Part shown: positions 59,683 to 64,000 of the stretch, one piece after another
Position numbering within the stretch: position 1 is the stretch's first letter
Layout of the letters: each line of letters starts with the position of its first letter
NCBI GenBank assembly: GCA_023247445.1
Contig: JAHFGL010000003.1
Span: 78,128-142,127, forward strand
DNA: 64,000 nucleotides
Direction: 5' to 3'
Origin: Candidatus Omnitrophota bacterium
GTDB taxonomy: Bacteria > Omnitrophota > Gorgyraeia > Zapsychrales > Zapsychraceae
Program-made: the position numbers and the translations under genes
Notes under the pieces: generated by a model
Told to the model about the DNA's origin: nothing
Seen by the model: only the letters and a program-made list of their open reading frames with translations
Databases searched by the model: none

Positions 59683-60138
59683 ATGGGAGAACCAATTGCC
59701 ACCAACAAAAAAGCTTATCGAGACTATTTCCTGTCGGACTTTATGGAAGCGGGCATTGCTTTAACCGGTGGAGAGGTCAAGTCTATTCGCGCCGGAAACG
59801 TGAGCTTTAAAGACGCCTTTGCCCGGATTGATGAGGATGAAGTCTTTCTTTATAATTTGCACATTACGCTATATCCTCAAGCCAGCTATTTAAATGATGA
59901 GCCGGATCGTGTCCGCAAATTGCTCCTTAATAAAAGGGAAATTGGAAGGTTAATTGGTTCTGTTGTACAAAAAAATCTACTTTTAGTGCCAACGAAACTT
60001 TATTTTAATAAGCGGGGAATGGTTAAGGTCGAACTTGCCGTTGGTCGCGGTAAGAAGCAGTACGATAAGAGAGAGACGATTAAAAAGCGTGACATCGATC
60101 GCGACATCAGCCGCGTCATTCGACAGAAGAAGCGTTGA
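59683..60138 (+). CDS. smpB: SsrA-binding protein SmpB
   Basis: NKKA, EAGIALTGGEVKSIR, RKLLL, GKKQYDKRE motifs; extended -10 TGnTATAAT 8 nt upstream (likely leaderless); adjacent to ssrA. Confidence 0.96.
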   Translation: MGEPIATNKKAYRDYFLSDFMEAGIALTGGEVKSIRAGNVSFKDAFARIDEDEVFLYNLHITLYPQASYLNDEPDRVRKLLLNKREIGRLIGSVVQKNLLLVPTKLYFNKRGMVKVELAVGRGKKQYDKRETIKKRDIDRDISRVIRQKKR

Positions 60139-60237
60139 GTTTCTAGAATTTGCTAGTTATGGGCGGATGAATTATAATTGCACTACCAAAATCGATCATT
60201 GTTCTTTAAAATTTTACTATACGTTAAACGCTATTTC

Positions 60238-60665
60238 GGGGGTGATCGGTCTCGACTTGAGTTAGCGATGTATAGGTGGCATGCCGAGGAAGCCTAGTAG
60301 GCCTCGTTAATAATCTGGGCAAAAACTAAACGCAGAAAAAACAGCGTTATCGACCTTCGATGCTGAACTTGCATTTGCTACGTCAGTAGCTCCTGTCAAG
60401 AACACAGTGTCTGTTGGTCAATTAGTCTAAGCTCTCGTAGCTTAGCCCTCTTACCAGTCTCGTCTGCGGATTGGAGTTAGGGGACCCTAGCAGGCTCGGG
60501 TGTAAATTCCGTTTCCTGGTTTACATCGACACTTTAAGGAATCTAGTCTTAATTGATCCTGTCTAGCGGAGGGATTAAGATGACGCTTGAAAAGATAGAC
60601 TACGCATGTAGAGGCTTATATAACGAAACCCAAGGACCCGGGTTCGATTCCCGGCACCTCCACCA
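60238..60665 (+). ncRNA. ssrA: tmRNA
   Basis: 5' GGGGGTGA...TCGAC, 3' GACCCGGGTTCGATTCCCGGCACCTCCACCA, resume context TAAAC GCA; downstream of smpB. Confidence 0.95.
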
Positions 60666-60680
60666 TTTCTTTCCACAAGA

Positions 60681-60718
60681 CAAAAAACCTCTGTACCCGA
60701 AAGGGCGGAGGTTTTTTG
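60681..60718 (+). terminator. Terminator after ssrA
   Basis: CAAAAAACCTC...GAGGTTTTTTG hairpin with a T-tract. Confidence 0.7.
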
Positions 60719-61052
60719 TTGTCTAGGGAAAGAAATGGTGGCCCCAGCAACGCTCCTGCGTTGCCGGGGCCATGTCTGCTCCTCAAGACTGGCCAGAAAA
60801 TAAATTTTCTGTCTAGTCTTTTCGTCGCATCCATGTCGGTGCCTGGGCAACAAAGATTTTCGGTATAAAATTAAGGAATCTTTGTTGGCCCGGCACCATT
60901 CTAAAAACAACCAAAATGCAATTAATTCAAAATAAGAGCAGCAAGTATTTAAATAAAACTACTTGCTGTTTTATTTTTTGTGTTAAATTTAATCAGTGTC
61001 CAAACGGTGTCAGCCAAATTATTATTTGTTATAGTAGAGGAATCTTATAAAT

Positions 61053-62588
61053 ATGATTTCTAATTGGTTAAAGCGATGTCGAGGTCTTGTCGATTATTTG
61101 GAAAACGGGCCGACACCAATAAGTTATTTTGTCTTGTCTTTTCTTTCCATCCTTATTCTGCGGACTTTTTGGGAACATACCCTTCTTGTGATGGAACCTG
61201 TCCTGAAGGTTACGGATGATATCCCGCATTACTTGCTTTTTTATACTTCCTTAGCTTTAACGCTAACCTTAATAACATCCAAAGTTGCTCAGGTTGAGAT
61301 TGGAAAAGCCGCCCGCATTGTTATGACAGGATTTGTTGTTCTTTGGATTGTTCCTTTTTATGACCGACTTAGTCATGGCCGAGATCTTTACAGTGTCGCT
61401 TATATATTTCCTGAGCAAGGCCAGATTTTAATGAGATTTTTGACCTTTTTTGGCCCTTTAGAAGATATGGGGGTAACTCCTGGTATGCGACTGGAGGTCT
61501 TTATTGTCATGGTTGTTTGGGGGTTTTATATTTATTTAAAAACGAATAAATTGGGGCGAGCTTTTTTGGGGGCAATTCTAGCCTATATAACAATTTTTGT
61601 TTATATCATTACACCCGTTTGGTTAATTCCTATCATGAACTTCACGGGGCTTACCTATCAATTTAGTCCTCGACTCATCATTGATCTTTTTCTCTTACTG
61701 AGCATGATCCAATTTTTATTGGTTTCTTATATCGCTTCACCAGGTGTCTTTAAGACTTTAATAAAAGATATTCGGTGTACGCGGCTGTTGCATTATCAAT
61801 TGTTTCTTGTTCTTGGTTTTGTCATGGGGTTAAAAACTTCCCTGAGTCCGATTTTTACGGAGCAATGGATTGTTTTTAGGGCTATTGAATTAATGTTGGC
61901 CCTGGGGTTTGCTTGGATTTTTTCAGTAATAATGAATAATATTGTTGATCAAAAAATCGATCGAGTGTCCAATCCTTCTCGGCCACTTATTTCTGGAAAT
62001 ATATCTGTTGAGCTTTATCGGCGAATTGGATGGGGGATGCTGATTGCCGCTATCCTTTTTGCGATTGCGGTTGATCAAGAAACGCTGCTTCTAATTGCGG
62101 CTTTCTTGGCGAGCTATTTTCTTTATTCCATGCCACCTTTTCGGATGAAACGTATTCCTATCATTTCTAAAGTAAGCATTGGATTTAATTCCCTTTTGGC
62201 ATTTATGTTGGGACATATGTTCATTGGTCACAACATTAATATTTCATTAGGCATTATTATCTTTTTTCTTATTTTTTCCTCATTAACGGCCAATTTAATT
62301 GATCTAAAAGATTATAGCGGTGATCTTCAAGCGGGGATACGTACATTACCTGTACTTTGTGGTATGGCGCAAGCGCAAAAGGTGGTTGGAGCAAGTTTTT
62401 TCATTTCATATTTAATTGCAGCTTATGCATTTAAGGTTCCGGAACTTAAATGGTTGTTTTTGGCCGTTGGAGTTCTTCAAGCAGTTCTTATTAACAGGAA
62501 ACCATATAATGAGAAACCTGTTATGGTTTTGCATATAACTGTTATAGCCTTCCTAATTATTTATATTTCTTTGCGTCCTAATTTATAG
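61053..62588 (+). CDS. UbiA-family prenyltransferase with extra N-terminal membrane domain
   Basis: C-terminal half has NNIVDQKIDRVSNPSRP, YS.PPFR.KR and DLKDYSGD motifs. Confidence 0.85.
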   Translation: MISNWLKRCRGLVDYLENGPTPISYFVLSFLSILILRTFWEHTLLVMEPVLKVTDDIPHYLLFYTSLALTLTLITSKVAQVEIGKAARIVMTGFVVLWIVPFYDRLSHGRDLYSVAYIFPEQGQILMRFLTFFGPLEDMGVTPGMRLEVFIVMVVWGFYIYLKTNKLGRAFLGAILAYITIFVYIITPVWLIPIMNFTGLTYQFSPRLIIDLFLLLSMIQFLLVSYIASPGVFKTLIKDIRCTRLLHYQLFLVLGFVMGLKTSLSPIFTEQWIVFRAIELMLALGFAWIFSVIMNNIVDQKIDRVSNPSRPLISGNISVELYRRIGWGMLIAAILFAIAVDQETLLLIAAFLASYFLYSMPPFRMKRIPIISKVSIGFNSLLAFMLGHMFIGHNINISLGIIIFFLIFSSLTANLIDLKDYSGDLQAGIRTLPVLCGMAQAQKVVGASFFISYLIAAYAFKVPELKWLFLAVGVLQAVLINRKPYNEKPVMVLHITVIAFLIIYISLRPNL

Positions 62589-62604
62589 TGTAATTCTCCT
62601 CACA

Positions 62605-62632
62605 TTGCCTTCCCAAAAACATATGCTATACT
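62605..62632 (+). promoter_or_regulatory. Putative promoter upstream of the riboswitch
   Basis: TTGCCT, 16 bp spacer, extended -10 TGcTATACT. Confidence 0.55.
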
Positions 62633-62664
62633 TTCAGCAGAAACAGAAGCGTTAGCCGATCTTT

Positions 62665-62760
62665 AAAAATTTATCTTAGTAAACTATTCGAAAGAGTAGG
62701 ACACAAAGCCGTGAGCCTAAAGTCCTTTTGGACTATGGTTGTCTGGTTGCCATTGCTGAT
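62665..62760 (+). promoter_or_regulatory. GEMM-I cyclic dinucleotide riboswitch (c-di-GMP-I family, A20 variant)
   Basis: AGTAAACTATTCGAAAGAGTAGGACACAAAGCC...CCTAAAGTCC..GGACTATGG...GGTTGCC matches the Vc2 aptamer layout (GAAA tetraloop, receptor, RCAAA junction). Confidence 0.9.
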
Positions 62761-62900
62761 CTAATTAGATCGTAGATACAGTGATGATTGCCTCAAGGAA
62801 GATCTAAAGTCGTAAAGAATTGAGGCTGCGTTTAGTCCAACGCAAAAGGCTTCGTCTTTGTCCCTATCCTTCGTGCCTTAATCATTTAGGAGGGATAAAG

Positions 62901-63143
62901 ATGAAAATAATCCTTTCAGCACTTCTTCTATTAAGTATCAGTACCTTAAGTTACGCTGGTGTCAGCCAAACCCAAAGTTATCGAGTTTCGCTTACAATTC
63001 CTGCCGTTGTTGGATTGAATGTGGGTGTTGAGCCTTCCGCAAATTTAGGAACTTCCAAAGATTTAAAGAATCAGGAAATCATTAAAGAAAGAATTGTCCG
63101 CAACAATACCCCAATCATCCTGGAGACGATTGTCCTGAAGTAG
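62901..63143 (+). CDS. Small exported protein under riboswitch control
   Basis: SD AGGAGG before ATG 62901; signal peptide ending SYA; 80 aa. Confidence 0.8.
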   Translation: MKIILSALLLLSISTLSYAGVSQTQSYRVSLTIPAVVGLNVGVEPSANLGTSKDLKNQEIIKERIVRNNTPIILETIVLK

Positions 63144-63145
63144 AA

Positions 63146-64000
63146 CTATTCTTGTGTTTTTGAATTTTTGTTAAGCGGAATGTGGAAGACGTACGTCGTT
63201 CCTTCGCTAACGTCCACTTCATTTTTGATCTTAACGGCGGGGAGATATTCAATAGGAATCGAGTTGATATCGATTGTCATTTGGTGAGTTCCGGCGCCAA
63301 TATTTGAGAAGAAATAATTTCCTTCGAAATCCGTTGTGGTAGATTCTTTCCCATCCAAAATAATTTTTACTTTTGAAATGCGAACATCATATGAATCTGG
63401 TTTGCCGTTTTGATTCTCATCAAAGAAGACCACGCCATAAATTCCAGAGTTTGTCGTTAATCCAAAATTAACATGCTGCGTTCGATGCGGGATAATTAAT
63501 GTATTAACCAAAGAGGGCGTGGAGAATATAAAACCAGAGGGAATAGTTTTCGTGTCAAGGCTCACCTCAACGGACTTGGCATGGACCGAAGTTTTATAAT
63601 GTCCTTTTGTATCCGTTTTGGTTTGTTTTTTTCCAACATTAACGTGGACATTGGCAATGCCAGATTCTTCGGGATCTTGTTTTTTATTATTATTTAAATC
63701 TTTAAAGACAATACCATCAATTTGACCACGTGGATTCCAGACAATCGGAAGTTCCCAGGCGCTACGAATTCCGCTACGAATATCAATTTCATTAAACGCG
63801 GTCGCTCGGTTATTTTCCGCCCACACATTACGCACGCGTCCATCAATAAAAAATTCAAAATCGAGTGTTGGCTTATAACTTAAACCGATACTTCCTGTCG
63901 TGCTATCTTCTCCAGCGAGAAAACTATTTAATCCATCAGTTCCTTCTTCATCACGATAGGAGAAGTCGGAATGCAGCGTCCAATGCTCTGTTAAAGTTCG
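63146..64000 (-). CDS. Large envelope protein with SdrD-B/Cna-like domains (5' partial)
   Basis: Frame is open to the window end; two G.VF.D.N.N.K.D..E/D repeats with TD..G.Y motifs. Confidence 0.75.
   Translation of the reverse strand, partial: RTLTEHWTLHSDFSYRDEEGTDGLNSFLAGEDSTTGSIGLSYKPTLDFEFFIDGRVRNVWAENNRATAFNEIDIRSGIRSAWELPIVWNPRGQIDGIVFKDLNNNKKQDPEESGIANVHVNVGKKQTKTDTKGHYKTSVHAKSVEVSLDTKTIPSGFIFSTPSLVNTLIIPHRTQHVNFGLTTNSGIYGVVFFDENQNGKPDSYDVRISKVKIILDGKESTTTDFEGNYFFSNIGAGTHQMTIDINSIPIEYLPAVKIKNEVDVSEGTTYVFHIPLNKNSKTQE

Noticed and set aside
60428-60445. Sequencing error or readthrough at the tmRNA tag stop giving ...QLV(Y)ALVA
   Set aside because: The TAA is base-paired in a perfect CTAAGCT/AGCTTAG hairpin, so it is probably real; not excluded without reads.
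60035-60910. ORFs 60035-60265, 60575-60910 and 60616-60834
   Set aside because: Shadow ORFs of smpB, tmRNA and downstream hairpins.
62820-62900. Upstream TTG start for the 62820-63143 ORF
   Set aside because: It lies in the riboswitch leader; the SD and signal peptide support ATG 62901.

Overview
A ~64 kb chromosomal window from a low-to-moderate GC diderm (LPS-making) bacterium. Gene content and order suggest a PVC-group lineage such as Omnitrophota; this is inference, not verified. Most of it is housekeeping: dnaB-bamA-skp-lpxD-lpxC/fabZ-lpxA-lpxI, lysS-lolC/E-lolD-ilvE, mcsA-mcsB-clpC, mlaEFD, radA-PIN/TRAM-ispDF-cysES-tmk-holB-ricT-metG, mtnA-thiL-tsaEB-alr, lptFG-comF, pyrE-maf, aceE-aceF-lpdA, smpB-ssrA. 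There is an AT-rich accessory stretch at ~19.9-29.4 kb. Most striking observations: (1) a structurally intact tRNA-Leu(CAG) gene split at its anticodon by a 240-bp insertion that carries a second complete tRNA-Leu(CAG), inside an array of ~40-bp inverted-repeat units joined by CTG/CGG trinucleotides; (2) a direct-repeat-flanked cassette encoding two paralogous Cys-motif membrane proteins, an Lgt-like enzyme and a tetraether-synthase-like radical SAM enzyme; (3) a GEMM-I riboswitch with the A20 (3',3'-cGAMP-type) signature; (4) the same palindromic repeat translated in-frame in both lpdA and aceF; (5) a tmRNA with an unusually long tag; (6) a Maf-M48 lipoprotein fusion; (7) a poly-G promoter spacer. 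All calls come from reading the sequence by eye; no searches were run.
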